Source: the human T2T-CHM13v2.0 reference genome, Homo sapiens
Direction: 5' to 3' (one strand)
DNA: 64,000 nucleotides
NCBI RefSeq assembly: GCF_009914755.1
Contig: NC_060929.1
Positions within the stretch are counted from its first letter, which is position 1. Each line of letters opens with the position of its first letter. The position numbers and the translations under genes are program-made. Shown one piece after another: positions 10,623 through 25,557 of the stretch. Below the pieces are notes generated by a model. The model saw only the letters and a program-made list of their open reading frames with translations. It had not been told where the DNA came from and searched no databases.

Positions 10623-12340
10623 ATTCCCAAAGATTAATGCCTGTGTGTACATACATGCACAGACACATACCATGTACACATGTGTGTGTATATGAACTGG
10701 CAGTCATGATTCCCCAGGATCTTGCTCAAAGAGAAATGCATAGGAACTCCCTCCCTCAATAATCTTGGGATTTTTCAGCCCACATGGGCACTCTTTGATG
10801 TCACTCTAATTGCTACATACCTGTAATGGGAATGATCAGAATAACTGAGGTTCCTGAATTTACCATGTTCCTTTACTAAAAACTAGACTATGTCAATAAT
10901 TTTCAAAATACACTGTGGCTCAAGTCAGATTAATTAAATACTCTTTAAGATTGCCAAGAAATGAATTTTACTTGCCAACTCATTGAGGAAAAGTTCTTTG
11001 AAACCTCAAATTCCATCAGGGTTATGAATGTGAAATTATCTGCCCACAGTAATAATAAACTAAACAGTGACAGCCATTAGGAAGTGCGAGAGAGAGAGAG
11101 AGGAAGGCTTTTAAATCCCATTCTCTAGCAGTCAGAGCCGACAGTCCTTGTGACTTTTCAGGGCCCCAGGAGTCTCCCAGAATCTGAGTAGGCTCATTAA
11201 GCCCATTTCCAGAGAGACATGCAAAAGATATAGGAGAGAGGATTTCTAATTACAAAGATTAGCCAATAATTGGTACTTCCTTTTTCTCCAGTCTTCTTCC
11301 AACCACTAATGAACACAGCCACTCTCCATAAATAAAACTTTTTAAAAATACAGGTTTTACATCATGAATGTATTCTTCATGGGTGTTTACATTTAAAACT
11401 TAAACAAACTTATCAAGGCCCTTTCCATTTATGAGAAAGTAGATAATGGGACAAAACTGTCACGACTGATGAATAGCCTTCTCTATTTCCTCTCAAAGCC
11501 TTCTTCTGGAGATGGAGACCAAGTAGATGTAATTACCTGGGTACAATTTTACATTTTCCACACTTCCAGAGTAACTACACAAATGCCCCAGATTTCAACT
11601 GCACAATTCCTCATTTTGCAATCTCACCCTTTAACAATAGGCAGATATTGGTTTTTCATAATCCATTGCCACTTAGCAAAGTCCCTGAAGACATCATTTT
11701 GCCCAGCAAATCCTTGCTTGAGTAGAAGAACCCGAGAGGGAGAATTCAAACTATTTCTCTTGTTCTTTTTACAACCACACAGGCAAATACAGATTTATGA
11801 CATGGTGGATCTGTGTGAATGGCGCCCAGGCATCCATTAGCTAGTCAGGGCTACGGGACTCTGGTTGGCTCTTCTCTACTTTCCTAATTTTAAAATACCC
11901 AAAGAATAATGACCATGGATGTTCTGGAGGGTTAGAGATCAAGAGGTTGTAGATTTAAAGAAAAAAAGTGAGAGAAAAAGAAACATTCAAGTAATGACCT
12001 CTCACATAATGAGAAATAGAATCTCCTCCGGATTTCCAAGCTGGCATTGTTTCCCTGGTACCTTCGCCTGGGGGCTCCTGTGTGTAATGTTTCTTTTAAA
12101 AATATCACACACAGGAAGGCAATGAGAAATACAAACACTGCACGGGAGAGCATTAATCTCCTTTTCTCTTAAAACTTGTGCTTAATCCCAAAAGCAAGTG
12201 GCAAAATAATCTTAAAGGTGATCATGTTATGTAACGACTCCTTTTGCATTTACAAAAGAAAAGCCACGCATTCTCAGGTGCTGAGCATTGAGTATTTCTG
12301 TTCACTCACTGGCCTTGTGGGCTAAGGGCAGCAATGACTA

Positions 12341-12662
<322 letters not shown>

Positions 12663-12742
12663 TAATTCTTCACAGCTAATAACTTGTTCTGGCCAAGGAG
12701 ACAAGTAACCCTTTCTATCAGATTTTCTGAATGATACAAAAG

Positions 12743-13047
12743 TTTTTGTTTGTTTGTTTGTTTTTTGAGATGAAGTCTCACTTGTCGCCCAGGCTGGAGT
12801 GCAATGGTGCTATCTCAGCTCACTGCAATCTCTGACTCCTGAATTCACGTGATTCTCCTGCCTCACCCTCCTGAGTATCTGGGATTACAGGTGTGTGCCA
12901 CCACGCCTGGCTAATTTTTGTATTTTTAGTAAAGATGGGGTTTCAACAAGTTGGCCAGGCTTGTCTTGAACTCCTGACCTCAGGTGATCTGCCCACCTCG
13001 GCCTCCCAAAATGCTGGGATTACAGCTATAAGCCACCACACCCGGCC
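12743..13047 (-). mobile_element. Alu (AluS)
   Basis: (TTTG)n tail and reverse body; TSD gat(a/g)caaaagtttt. Confidence 0.95.
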
Positions 13048-15132
13048 GATGCAAAAGTTTTATATCAGCAGCTCCACAGCAAAGCTCCCCTCTTGTGGGC
13101 TTGGGAACCCAATGCTAAGCCTTGCAGGTAGCATGGATCCAAGCAAGACCTGGAAGTTTCCTTTGGCTGAAACCAAGAGGCATTGGTAATTCTCATGGTG
13201 ATAACAAATGCATCTTTTAAAACTTTTTTTAAAGGTTATCATTTCTTATTTTAGTTGCATAAATTTCATGTATTTATTTCCATTTGTATAGTACTGCCAA
13301 TAGAGTACTCTGTGGTGACTGATGAAACACAAATTCAGGTTTCAGTCTATATTTTTAGGTCCCATGTTTTGGGGTTTTGGTGTTTTATATTTTGGTCCTA
13401 TTTTTCTTTCTTTCTGATGGAGATGAATAATTAGTTGTGCTAGCTGAGATTGGCTCCTTACGTTGTACACCATTTTCAGAAGATGTGTCTCCATACGCGC
13501 CTGTGGTAGTGTCAAAGAGCTCCTCAGGCAACAGTGCTACACATAGATTGCTCAATGCCCAACAGAAAATACCACTGTCAGAACATGAAGGTTAATTTGT
13601 CTGGAGCACAGAACATTTTTGGAGATAATCCTGGAAAGATAACCAGCCTCAATATGGAAAACCACAGAAATATTCCACTCCATTCCTGGCAGATGAATTC
13701 CAAACTGTATGCAGAGACTTAATTACCCCATAACTATAAACTATGTTTAACAAATTTGTAGGGGTATTTTAGCCCCAGAAACTTTGTGATCTGTTTGTAG
13801 ATATTTATTCATCACTCATAATTTCCTCCTAATTTTCCTGCACCTTGTGCAGCATTTAGAAGGTTAAATTTTGTTTCTGTTAGAATCCAAGGCCCCTCAT
13901 GTAAATTATTAGTGGCTATCAGCTTGTCTTTTGAAAACTGTTGCTAAACTACAGATCAGCCCTGTGATAAATGTGATCCAATAATTTCAAAAAGCCACAT
14001 AGGGAAATGTGTCAAAGTTCTTTATGACACTTGTTAGGAGAATATCACAACAACGAGAGATTTGTGGGTATTTTGTTTTGTTTTTTATGCCCAAACATAT
14101 TCTTTCCATATGTTCGGCAATGGACTAGAAATACATATAGCTGAACTTTGAGAACATTAAGTTACATTTTAGAAGTGATCCAATTTTGGTTGAAAATATT
14201 GTAATTAGAAACTTCACATTTCGGTTTGCCTATGACATAGGACTACCTGCTGATCTCACTGCTTTATATAACTAAAAAACCTTGTGTGTCTTTTTTTGTT
14301 TGAGTTTTAATGAATAAAATACACAGGGGTAATATAGTGAAAGAGTTCTAGATATTATCTCTATCTTATTCCAAGATACCATAGTATATGAATAAATTTG
14401 AGTCTGCTTCAAGTTAGGATCAAGCAGCTCACTTCAGCAGGATTTATGCACATCTGAACACCTAATCCTCCAGAAAACTACTTTTAGCCACCATTCTTCT
14501 GTCTTAGCAGAATCAGAATAAATAATAGAACTTATTTAGGGCCCATTTCCCAATCTTCCTATAAACCCCTACCACCACTCCAACCTGAGAGCAAAGTATG
14601 GACCAGAAGTTTCCGAACAAACACAGTTCATTCATTCTCCACTTCTTTAATAACAACTTCCGAATGTCCCTGAATTTACCATGGCTCAGGAATTGGATTG
14701 TCTCCAAGGGACTTTCTAAAATAATAACTTCATGTCTGTCATTAGTATTCCTCTTGAAATTAGAAGTCTATAATAGCAGAGCCTCGATATGGCCTTGTAC
14801 TAGGTTAAATTTTCACCCTAAATCATCACAGATCACAAAAGAGCTAGCCAAGAAACATGGACCAAGTCTTCCCCTCATGCATGTTACAGACACAAAGTGC
14901 AAGAGTTGTCTTTAACTTTATAACATGGTCATATCTGGTTAACTAATTATTACATTAGGATTTGACAGTACAGAATTTGCTTCTGGATTCTGTCACTGAT
15001 TTTGTGTTGTTTGGAAGAATTACTTAATTTCTATATAAGGGATATGACAACAATGGTTAAGGGGTCAAGTTCTTTGGAAGTATTACCATAATTTATATTT
15101 TATATTGGGGGCTGGTTTTTATATAAAAAGAT

Positions 15133-15184
15133 GATAGAGATAGATAGATAGATAGATAGATAGATGATAGGTTAATAGATAGAC
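15133..15184. repeat. (GATA)n tetranucleotide STR, interrupted
   Basis: Read directly. Confidence 0.9.
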
Positions 15185-16567
15185 ATACATATATACATAT
15201 GTAAACATTTGGTAGAGGAGTACCCAGCATTAATGCCATTTCACAAAAGCTTCTGGTGTTCCTGAAATTCTCACTTACTTAGTGTTTTATTTAGCTTTAA
15301 AAGACACATTAGCTTTGGGACACAAAACAAAACAGGAATGGAACCCTATCTGTCAAAAATATTGAGTGCTGCATCTGCCCTCAATTTTTATTAAAATCAC
15401 TCTAAATCTTGCCAGTCTGTCCAACTAAAAAGAGTAAAATAATAAGATATTCTACTGATGCTGGAATAAGGACAAAAAAGATGTTTGACTCAGCCAATAA
15501 ATTGAAATGCTATAGGAGAGAGCCAAGGGGATAAATAACCCATCTGAATTAGGAAACAGACAGGACTTCATGGCACAGATATTTTTCTCAGTTCTAGTTA
15601 CTGAGACCAAAGATGACGGTATTTATTGATGGCATTCAGATGTCTCCCCTTTGCCAAACACAATATTTTTTCCAATGTGGTAGTAGAGAAATGTGTCTTT
15701 TGTATTGACTTAAAATTTTCTAGCCAGACATTTTTTTTCCGGAAAAATATAGCAGGAAGAGTACCATTGATAATTCAGAAGTAGCCAGCCTTCTAGGGAA
15801 ACAATGTCCAAAGAACACAAGCAAACTTTTGCATGTGCTGCCTCTTAGTGTTTTCTTTTTGATAGAGCAGTTAGAGCTGACTATGGAAAGACATAATTAA
15901 AGTGCTAGAGATAAATATTCTAAAGATGTGAAAGAAACACGGTCATGTAAGTCTCACATTGCTGCTATTTCAGAATGAAGTGCATTTATATGAAATGGCA
16001 TACCTGGAAGTGTGGAGTACTGTTCAGAAAGGGGAAAAGGACTGTTCATGGATAACTTATTCACATCAGAGATCTCAGGCATCTCTCAGACATAAGGAGG
16101 ATTGATTTCTATGGTTGACTTGTGCAGTTTTTCTCTTAAAGTGTCAAATGCAGCAGTTCCTGAGCCCGCTCTTTATCTGACAAAAAAGGAGGACTAGAGC
16201 CACAGATGAGAGTCTAAAGGCGCTACCTGTGCCAGGTATTCAGCTTGCATGTGATTCTGCCACACATTGACCTCTCAGGAGCCTTTAAAATTGAAAGTGT
16301 TCTGAACATTCAATCCAGCAAGTGTTTATTGATGGTCTTCCTTGTGCTAGCTGTTGGAGATATAACAAAAAGCAAACACAATTTCTGCCTTTGAGACACC
16401 CACCTATTGGGGAAAGACCAAAATGTAAATGGCATTTTGATTCAAATCAACAAACACTTCTTGAGGCTGCACTTAAGGGTCCTATTGCTTTAGGCACTAG
16501 AGATAGCAGGGAACAAGACAGACAGAAGATCATGCCCTCCTGGAGTTTATGTTCTACAGCAATTTCA

Positions 16568-16955
16568 ATCCTGTGCAACAGAACTTTCTGTGATGATAGA
16601 AATATTCTGTACGTCCACTGTCCAATACAGAAGCCACTTGCCATGTGTGGTTACTGAGCACTTGGAATGTGGCTAGTGTGAATGAAGAACTGACCTCTTA
16701 AATTTCATTTAATTTTAATTCATTTAAATTTAAGTAGTCACACATGGCTAGAGCAGCACTCATTGTACTTTCAGTGATAATGAAATGTTCTGTACCTGTG
16801 CCACCCAACAGGGTAGCCACAAGTCACATGTGGTTAGTGAGTACCTGAAATGTGGCTATTGTGACTGAGGAACTGAATATTAAATTGTATTGCATTTTAA
16901 TTAATCTAAACTTAATGTAAACACATGTGGCTAGTGACTATGCATTAGCACAGTT
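16568..16955 (+). mobile_element. Two tandem MER3 (hAT-Charlie) MITEs
   Basis: actttc.gtgat.at.gaaat.ttctgtac...gaatgtggcta...cacatg(tg)gctag occurs twice, at about 16568-16757 and 16765-16955. Confidence 0.8.
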
Positions 16956-17341
16956 CTGGAGACTTGGTTCTCAAAGTGTGGTCCATGAACCAGCGGCATC
17001 TCCGTGTTAAAAATTCAGCCCCTGCATTTTAGCAGAGTCCTCAGATTAAAGTGTGAAAGGCACTTGTCAATTAGAGAAAGATAAGGCATAAAACAAAGTA
17101 AATGAATTATATGTGTGTGTATACATATGTGCAGGTGTATCTGTGCATGTATGGGTGAGAACATGGCTATGTATAAGAATATGCATGTGTATAGGTGGTG
17201 ATGAGAACATTCTATGATGCAAAATAAAGCAGGGAAGGAGGACAAGGAGTACAGTGTGGAGAAACTTTAATGTTTAGAAGACATTCAGAGAAGTCTTCAC
17301 TGAAAAGGTGACCATTGAGAAAAGACTTGCAGGAGATGAGT

Positions 17342-17719
17342 TATATTAATCCATTCTCACACTGCTAATAAAGACATACCAGAGACTGGGTAATTTATAA
17401 AGGAAAGAGGTTTCATTGACTCACAGTTCCACAGGGCTGGGGAGGCCTCAGGAAACTTACAATCATGGCAGAAGGGGAAGCAGACACGTCCTTCTTCACA
17501 TGGTGGCAGGAAGGAGAAGAATGAGAGCAAAGGAGGGGAAAAGCCCATTATAAAACCATTGGATCTCATGAGAACTCACCCACTATCACGAGAGCAGCAT
17601 GAGGGTAACCACCCCCATGATTCAATTACCTCCCACTGGGTCCCTCCCAGGACACATGGAGATTATGGGAACTACAATTCAAGATGAGATTTGGGTAGGG
17701 ACACAGCAAAACCATATCG
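17342..17719 (-). mobile_element. THE1 (MaLR) solo LTR
   Basis: Typical THE1 sequence (gagactgggtaatttataaaggaaagagg...aaaccatatc); imperfect 5-bp TSD tgagt/tgagg. Confidence 0.92.
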
Positions 17720-19097
17720 TGAGGGAACAGACAAGTGGATATCTTTTGGAAGAGCATTCCAGACAGCTGAAACAGCAAAAACAAAGGCCTTGAGGCAGGA
17801 ACAAAGACCCACCTGGCTTGTTCCAGGAACTGGCAGGAGGCCGCAAGGCTGGGGCAGGGTGCCTGGGGACACTGTGGTAGAAGTTGGGAGTCCAGAAGTA
17901 ATAGGAGCAGCTTGTGAGAGGCTGGTGCCATTGTAACGAATTTGGCATTTACCCCCAGTGAGTAGGGGGATCATAAACAAAATGAATAGTATGATTTGAC
18001 TTATATTTAATAGAGCACCCTCTGACTTTGTGCTGAAACAGGCTTGAGTGGCACCGGGAAAAAGCAGGGACTAGCTAGGAAACTATTGCAGCAATCCAAG
18101 CGAGAGATGAGGGTACTTTGGACCACGTTGGTGAAGATGGAAGTGGTGAGAAGTGGTCAGATTCTGGGTATGTTTTTAAGATAATACCAAATAGGATTTG
18201 CTTACAGATTGGGAGACAAAGAGAACAAAGATGACCCCAAGCTAGCTGACACATTTTCTGGCTTTATGAACACAGACTACAAAATAGAGTCAGACATCAT
18301 TTCCTGCACTATCTACGTGACAAAAACTTCAAGGCTCTGTCCCATTCCTGAGGGGAAGTCCACTAATCTATCCCTATTGGCAATCTGAGTGGATAACATG
18401 TAGAAGGACTGTAGCCAAGCCTCCATCACACTTCTTTCTTTGATATGGACATTTGAGCTTTTCTGCCTTTCATAGAAGAGGCTATGAAAACTCATCTTCA
18501 GCCAGATTACCTCCCAACAAAACCTCCTTATAGAAATTATTAGTCACCAGTGTCTATCAGTTCTCCTATCAACGAAATTTCTGGAAAGCAACACGGAGAC
18601 TGCTTGACACCTCCATCTGCCATCCTCCATTGGGTCCTGGCCAATCCTGCACTCTTCAGATCCCCTCTGACCATCACCTCATTGGCTTCTCCTGGTTGCC
18701 CTGCTCTGCTCAGAATTCAGTCCTTGTAAGCCAACAGTTACGAAAGACTTTGTCAATCATTTAACTTATTCAGCCAGTATTTACTAAGTACCAGCCATAG
18801 ACCAAGCATTTTTTTAGATTCTAAAATTGTGGACAGAACAGGTGATTCCATAGCCCTGTGAAATTTACTTTGCTGAAGGAGAGACAAATAATAAACAAAT
18901 AAAAGCATAACATAATAGCAGGTAGTGATGAGGACTATGAGGAGAACTAAAGAGGTTAAGGGGAGACTGTGTGCCCAAGGATGTGAAGGGGCTATTTCTG
19001 ACAGGATGCTCAGGGAAGGCTTCTCTGAAGATGATATTTCAGCAAGAGAGAGAATGTATTTGCATTATAGCAATGCAAACAATTTTGCAATTGAATG

Positions 19098-19550
19098 CTG
19101 TTATTAGTTTCCTGTTACAGATTACACATTATCCCAACATTTGGCAATTTCAAACAACAAACATTTATTATCAGACAGTTTCTGTGGGTCAGGAATTAGG
19201 AGCAGTTTAGCTGGGTGCTTCTGGTTGAGAGTCTGCCAGTGAATATACTGGCCCCGGCAGTCATCGTCTGAAGGCTTGATGGGCTGGAGAACCCACTTTC
19301 AGTCGCATTCAGTGGCTGCTGACAGTTTCCCCCAGAGTGAACGATCCAGACAAGGGGCCAAGAGATGGCAAGCTGGAAGCCATGGGTCTTTTATGACCCT
19401 GTCTTGGAATGACCACTAGGATATATCACTTCTGCTGTATCCTAGTGGTCCCACAGACTGTCCCTGATACAACGTGGAGAAAACGACAAAAAGCATGAAT
19501 TCCAAGAGTTGAAGATCACTGGGAAACCATCTTGGAGACTGGCTGTATCA
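19098..19550 (-). mobile_element. MLT1 (F-like) LTR
   Basis: aaacaacaaacatttattatc...ttctgtgggtcaggaatt...gccatcttggag-like MLT1 motifs. Confidence 0.7.
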
Positions 19551-20006
19551 AATGCAGAGCATCCCATTCTTGAGAGACATTCAGCTCTTTGTTACCCAGT
19601 CACGCCATTGACTGGCTCTTTAATCCCTCTCTCAGAGGCTAAGAGAAGAAAAGGAGGAAGATTGGAGGAGAAGAAGAAAGAGAAATAAAATGAAAAGGAA
19701 AAAATGACAGAGAAATTTTTGCATTTTCTTTTGAAAAGCCATTCAATTTTGTCAACTCCTAAGCCCAGATCATTTCTAGACATGTCGTTGTGTGTCCAAG
19801 CACCCATTATTGGGCTTTGCTGCAATGGGATGGTTTACTCAGTATCTCAAGGTTTCTTTCTCCCACTAACTGTCATGCCAGATACCACAAAGATAAGTGC
19901 ATTTTCTAAGAATTTTGTTCTCTCAAAGATACAAATTATGCCAAATGTTCCCTTTATGAGACTAAAGTTAGATATAAGACAGTTTTTATTAAAAATAATT
20001 ACTTTT

Positions 20007-20310
<304 letters not shown>

Positions 20311-20828
20311 ATCACTTTCATTAAACCTATTTGAAGACATTGTCTATTTTATGATCCATTACCTTTCTTCAACATCTGACACTTTTCATTCACTTAGATC
20401 TCTGCAAACTGTCTCACACAATAAATCTCTTTAGGTTTAGTTCCAGGGAAAAAATTTACCCTGCAGACAAGTTTGCCTGCTTTCTTTCAGCAATCCATGA
20501 AAATGACATATCTCATTATATTTTTATCTTCCTTTGTTTCCAGGAAATATAAAAAAATAATTAAAGGCCAAACAGTATAATCTTTAGCTCTTTCCCAGAT
20601 AACTAGTAGCATCTATTCCTGCTGCTGTATTTCATTTGACTGTTATCCTTTTTCATTATGTTTAAGGTTGTATACCACCTCCAATGCCTTTGCATTTCTT
20701 TATATTTCAATTAAATAGTAAATGATGATAGTTCCAACCCACAGTAAACAATTCTTTACTCTGGCTCCAAAGCTTAGGTCCACACACGGAAGGACTATCA
20801 CTGTGAGGAAGAGCTGTGCTGCTTTAAA

Positions 20829-20867
20829 TCATCATCATCATCATCATCATTGTCATCTTCATCATCA
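20829..20867. repeat. (CAT)n trinucleotide repeat
   Basis: Read directly. Confidence 0.85.
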
Positions 20868-21029
20868 ATAGTTCCAGTAACACTGCTGAATATGAAAAAC
20901 TCCTAGCTGACCCCGCTAATATCTTGAGAATGCTGTCTTTTACCTGTATTCCTTCTTGAAATTCATGGAACCAGCATGTGATTATTCAGATTAGTCCCTC
21001 TTCTGAGCTCCGTGTCAACCCCGGGTACT

Positions 21030-21425
21030 GTTTATTAAGGGGTAAATTGTATCTCCCCACTTTCCCGAATTCACATGGTGAAGTTCTAATACCTAACACT
21101 TTAGAATGTGACTATGTTTAGTGATAGGGTCTTTAAGAGGTAATTAAGTTAAAATGAGTTCATTCAGGTGGGCCCTAGTTCAGTATGACTGGTGTCATTT
21201 TAAGAAGAGGAAATTTGGACACAGACTTGTACCAAGGGAAGACCATGTGAAGACGCACAAGAAGACAGCTATCTACAACTCAAGAAAAGAGGCCTTAGGA
21301 GAAACTACCCTGAAGACACCTTGATCTTGGACTTTTAACTTCCAAACTGTGAAAACATAAATTTCTGTTGTTTTAGCTACCCAGTCTCTGCTACTTTGCA
21401 GTGGTAGCCCTTGCAAACTAACACA
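21030..21425 (+). mobile_element. MLT1 (B-like) solo LTR
   Basis: agaatgtgact...gtaattaagttaaaatgag...accttgatcttggactt...aaactaacaca. Confidence 0.85.
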
Positions 21426-22924
21426 CTGTTATGTCCTCCCACAGAGGAGTAAAAGCTGAGGCCCTCAATTATTTTTATAATCAGGGTCAAGCTATAATTG
21501 GCCACAATTTGGTTTGAAGATACAAAATCATATAGAAGCTGAGCATAGGGAATAGAACAGCAGAAACCAATCATGCTAGCAGGTGTCAATTACATCCCAA
21601 GGGAACTTCTGAAAGTGTCAAAGACACCATCAGCCTGATCAACAGCTCACTCCTCTGAACTCCACTGAGGTAACAGTAATGGAGGGTGAGGGGTTTGAGT
21701 TTGGGACAAATATCCCAGAGAATATTCTTTTCTCTGAAGCCCAAAGTCTTATTTCTCCATGTGATGCTGAAATACCACAGTTGACTGTGTCCTTTATGGC
21801 TTGATACCACCAGTAGTTATCTTCTTTTCATCTTTTGACATTACTTTAAATCACTGCACGTGTTAAATTGCTTTTCTAAACCGGAGGCATAAGGCCTTCT
21901 GGGGAAAGGGATGCGGAGACACTCTGAAAGTTGGACATCACAGGCTGATCTTCACATTAAGAACCCAATGACACATCCTTCTTGCTTCCCCAAGGAGAGA
22001 CAGAGGAGCACTTCTTGGCCCAGAGGATTTTTACGGTAGCGCAGATCTGCTGAAATCATAGCTGGATAACATTTCCAGCATCTAATTTGATATCAGAATT
22101 TAGCAACGTGAGGACTGACAGGGAGTGGGTGAGGATAGGTAATGACTAGAAATTCAAGACCAGAAAAAAAAAAAAGTTCCCTGTAGATAAGTTAGAAGAC
22201 ACACAAACATTTCATTTTCTTCTCTTCTTACTCTTAAAAAAAAAAACTACAGTAGTATTTCCTTTCCAGAAAAGGGATGTGAATATTTATGCATCACATG
22301 ATGGTATTGCTGGTAACACTCAGCTTCTATTATCATCTTCAGAATGTGGTGCAGACAGAGTCATTCCAAATATTTCCATGCTGTGACAAATGAGAACCTG
22401 GATCTATTCTTTTCTGATTTCTCCTAAATGTACATGGTGATATTTTTTTCACAAGACATAAATTGAACCCATCCATGAAAGGATGCAAACCTTTCAGTGA
22501 AGAAAATGGAATGTTTATCTGCTGACTCAAGTACACAGGTGTCAGACATATATACCTCTGAAGCATTGATGACAGGAGTGTTCCCTCACAGTATCTGTTA
22601 TGACAGCAGGACTAATAAGTGCAGGTCATCAGCCACCATTTTTTAGCTAGAGGGATCAGGAAGTATAAATAGTGGCTGTGAAAATGCCATGCCCCATCAC
22701 CATCACTGATCCCCTATAGCATGACTGGCTGCTTCCTATAACTGCTTCCTTCATCATTTATTAGGATAAAGAAGTGGTGGTCAATGTGTGGCATTCACTG
22801 CCACCTCCTGAGAGGGCTGGAATCATGGAGACACCAATAGGCTTGGAGAAGAAGTACCAGCTCTATGCCTAATTAGCTGTGTGACCCGGAGCAGATCACT
22901 TAATCTTTCTATCCTCAGTGGCCT

Positions 22925-23447
22925 TGAAGAGGATCAAGGGGATCAGAACATGTCACCTCAACATATGCCACTTTTGCATAATAACTATTTTGTGCTGAAG
23001 GCTTCTGAGTTTCTGAAATCTTTTTATGTGCCTAAAAGCAAAGCCTCCCCAAACAACTCAATATCCATAAATTTCCTCCCTGAGAGCAACTCTAACCTTC
23101 TCAGAGAGAAGTCAGCACCACACTGAGACAGACATTGTCACAAACTGTCACATTTCCCATTTATTTTCATAAGTGACCATTTGTCTTTCCAAATAGTCAT
23201 TTTTCTTTCCATAAGTGCCCTTTTACCCCTGGCCCTTTCCCATTGAGTTAGGTACATGGACCCCACATTCTCACCACCTCTTGGAGTTCCTCCTCTCTGA
23301 AAGCTCCCATGTGTGTGCATCATGCACATGTTAATAGACTTCTGTTTATTATTCTCATGTTCATCTGTCTTTTGTCAGACTAATTTACAAGATCCCAGGT
23401 AGAGAACCTAGGAGAATCATGGGAAAAAGAATTTCTTCTCCCCTACA
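22925..23447 (+). mobile_element. ERV1-class solo LTR (MER34/MER39/MER93-like) inserted in a MIR
   Basis: Begins with cagaacatgtcacctcaacatatgccactttt and ends ttctcccctaca; MIR-like sequence on both flanks. Confidence 0.7.
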
Positions 23448-25171
23448 ACCTCATCTCTCACTTATGGAATTTGATCCAGTTCTCTTCCCTAAGTGATAGG
23501 GCGAGAAATGTGAGAGATGATAAATAAAAGTGTTTTGTCAACCTCAAAAGCCTGTGAAAGTGTAAGGACTAAGGAATGCACATGCACAGCCACCGAAGTC
23601 TTCAGCCTGCAAATCCGGAAGGCTCTTGCATCTGTTTTCATGCTCTGCTCCACCAAGCTGCCCATGGTTGTCTTCAGGAATACTCTGCTCACATGTCTTT
23701 AATTTGGATAGATTTCTGGCTGCTAAATCATGTAGTATAGCTGCAGCCACCTTCAGATATCATGTCTGAATTGAAGAACCCTGACTATAACTCAAAAATG
23801 GTGAGATTTGAATTTAAATACTAATGGAGTATCGATTTATTAACTTTCTTACTGCAACACATTTCTTGGTGCATGTAAGACCCTCATCTATAAGCCACAA
23901 ACTTACCTACTTGAGGTATAAAGTCCAGTGTAGCCTATTTCCTGAAAAGTTTCTAAAAATATAATACTTCTGACGTCAAATAGCCTTCCAAAAAAGGATA
24001 ATAGTTGTGTCAGAAAATTTTGTAAGAATTCTTTCCATTTCTTTTCTATTTTAAAGCAATTTATAATCTGTATTTCTGAACACCGAGTTGATACTCTTAA
24101 CAATACCAACAAACCCATAAGTCTAATTGTAACATCTTTATGATTCAAGAATGAACTTTGCTGCTTAATTCTGTTTCGGTAAATGGTAATTCTTCACCTG
24201 TGAGTAAGCAAATACCTAGGCTGGCGCAGTTTTAAAAACATTCAGAGTTAACTTAGTGTTTTGGGATTGAGTTTATAGCAATGCCAAATTGCTTTGAATT
24301 TGGTCTTCCCTTCCCACTTGGTAACGTATCACTCTCCTACTCGAAAAATCTGGCTTAGAAATAGGCACTGTAATGTTACCGGGGGATGAAGGAGGTCAAC
24401 AGGTTTGTGGTGGAGAATGGGAAGACAGGGAATCAAGCAGCTTTGTATTCTCAGCCCTAAATAACTAACTGTACCCCAAGTCCTGTTCTGTTCTGTTCTG
24501 TTTTGGCCCATGGGAAAGAAAAATAAAAGACAGGAGAGAGCAGTGTCATGGCAACAGGAAGCCCAGGGAAAGAGAAGTGGCAGCGACTGAGAGGGCCCGG
24601 GTGACACTGACAGAGGGCCTGACCACTGCAGATAGCACTGGCCACGTTTGCCTGTGAGGACAGAAGGTGACCCCAGCAGCCACCCTGCAGGGCTGTGTTT
24701 ATCCAGCAGCAGTCAGCGCTTGAGCAGCCCCAGCTGTGGTGAGTTCGTGAGCAGGGTAGACCACACCCATCAATGGAAGAAGCATCCAAAACCTGGCTAG
24801 GGTTTGTGGAGGAGGTGGTGGGTGCTGGATACAAAGGGGATTCCAGGAACATGGGTGCTGCTCACCTGTCCTTGAAAGGTTGAGAAGAGCATTCATGACT
24901 TGAGCTGTCCAAGTAAGGCGCCAAGAAGGAACTATCCAAATGATGGCTATAAACGGACAGAAGGAAAGAACAGATCTTCATTAAATCATTACTCCACAGT
25001 TTTCCCATACTGAACCATTTCTGGAAATGTTTATAGGTACACAAAATAAGGCAATAAAATGCTCTTATCAATGATACTTCAAACAATGTGATGTTGCCTC
25101 ATGGTGACAATCCAGGAGGAATTATACAATTAGAACTTTCCATTTGCTTTCATTCTAGACAAAAGTTTACT

Positions 25172-25557
25172 GTGTCTTAGTCCATTTGTGCTGCTGGGAC
25201 CAGAAAAACCATAGATCGGGTAATTTATAAAAAATAGAAATTTGTTTCTTGCTGTTCTGGGCACTGGAAAGTCCAAGATAAAACAGGCAGCTGGTTCAGC
25301 GTCTGATGAGGGCTGCTCTGTGCTTCCAAGATGGCGCCTTGTTGGGGCGTTCCCTGGAGGGGATGAGCATTATGTTCTAACATGGTGAAAGAGCAGAAGA
25401 CAAGGAATTCACTCCCTCAAGCCCTTTTATAAGTGCCTTAATCCCACCCATGAGGGCTCCTGATGACTTAGTCACCTACTGAAACCCCCACCTCTTAATA
25501 TACATCGGTGATTAAGTTTTAACATTTGAATTTTGGGGACACATTTAGACCATAGCA
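25172..25557 (-). mobile_element. MST (MaLR) solo LTR
   Basis: tgtcttagtccatttgtgctgct...aagtccaagat...ttccaagatggcgcc...accatagca. Confidence 0.88.

Larger units (their letters stand above)
16300..18260 (-). mobile_element. Fragmented L2 carrying nested MER3, MER5 and THE1 insertions
   Basis: L2-like blocks at about 16305-16400, 16435-16555, 17200-17340 and 17720-18250, interrupted by younger elements. Confidence 0.55.
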
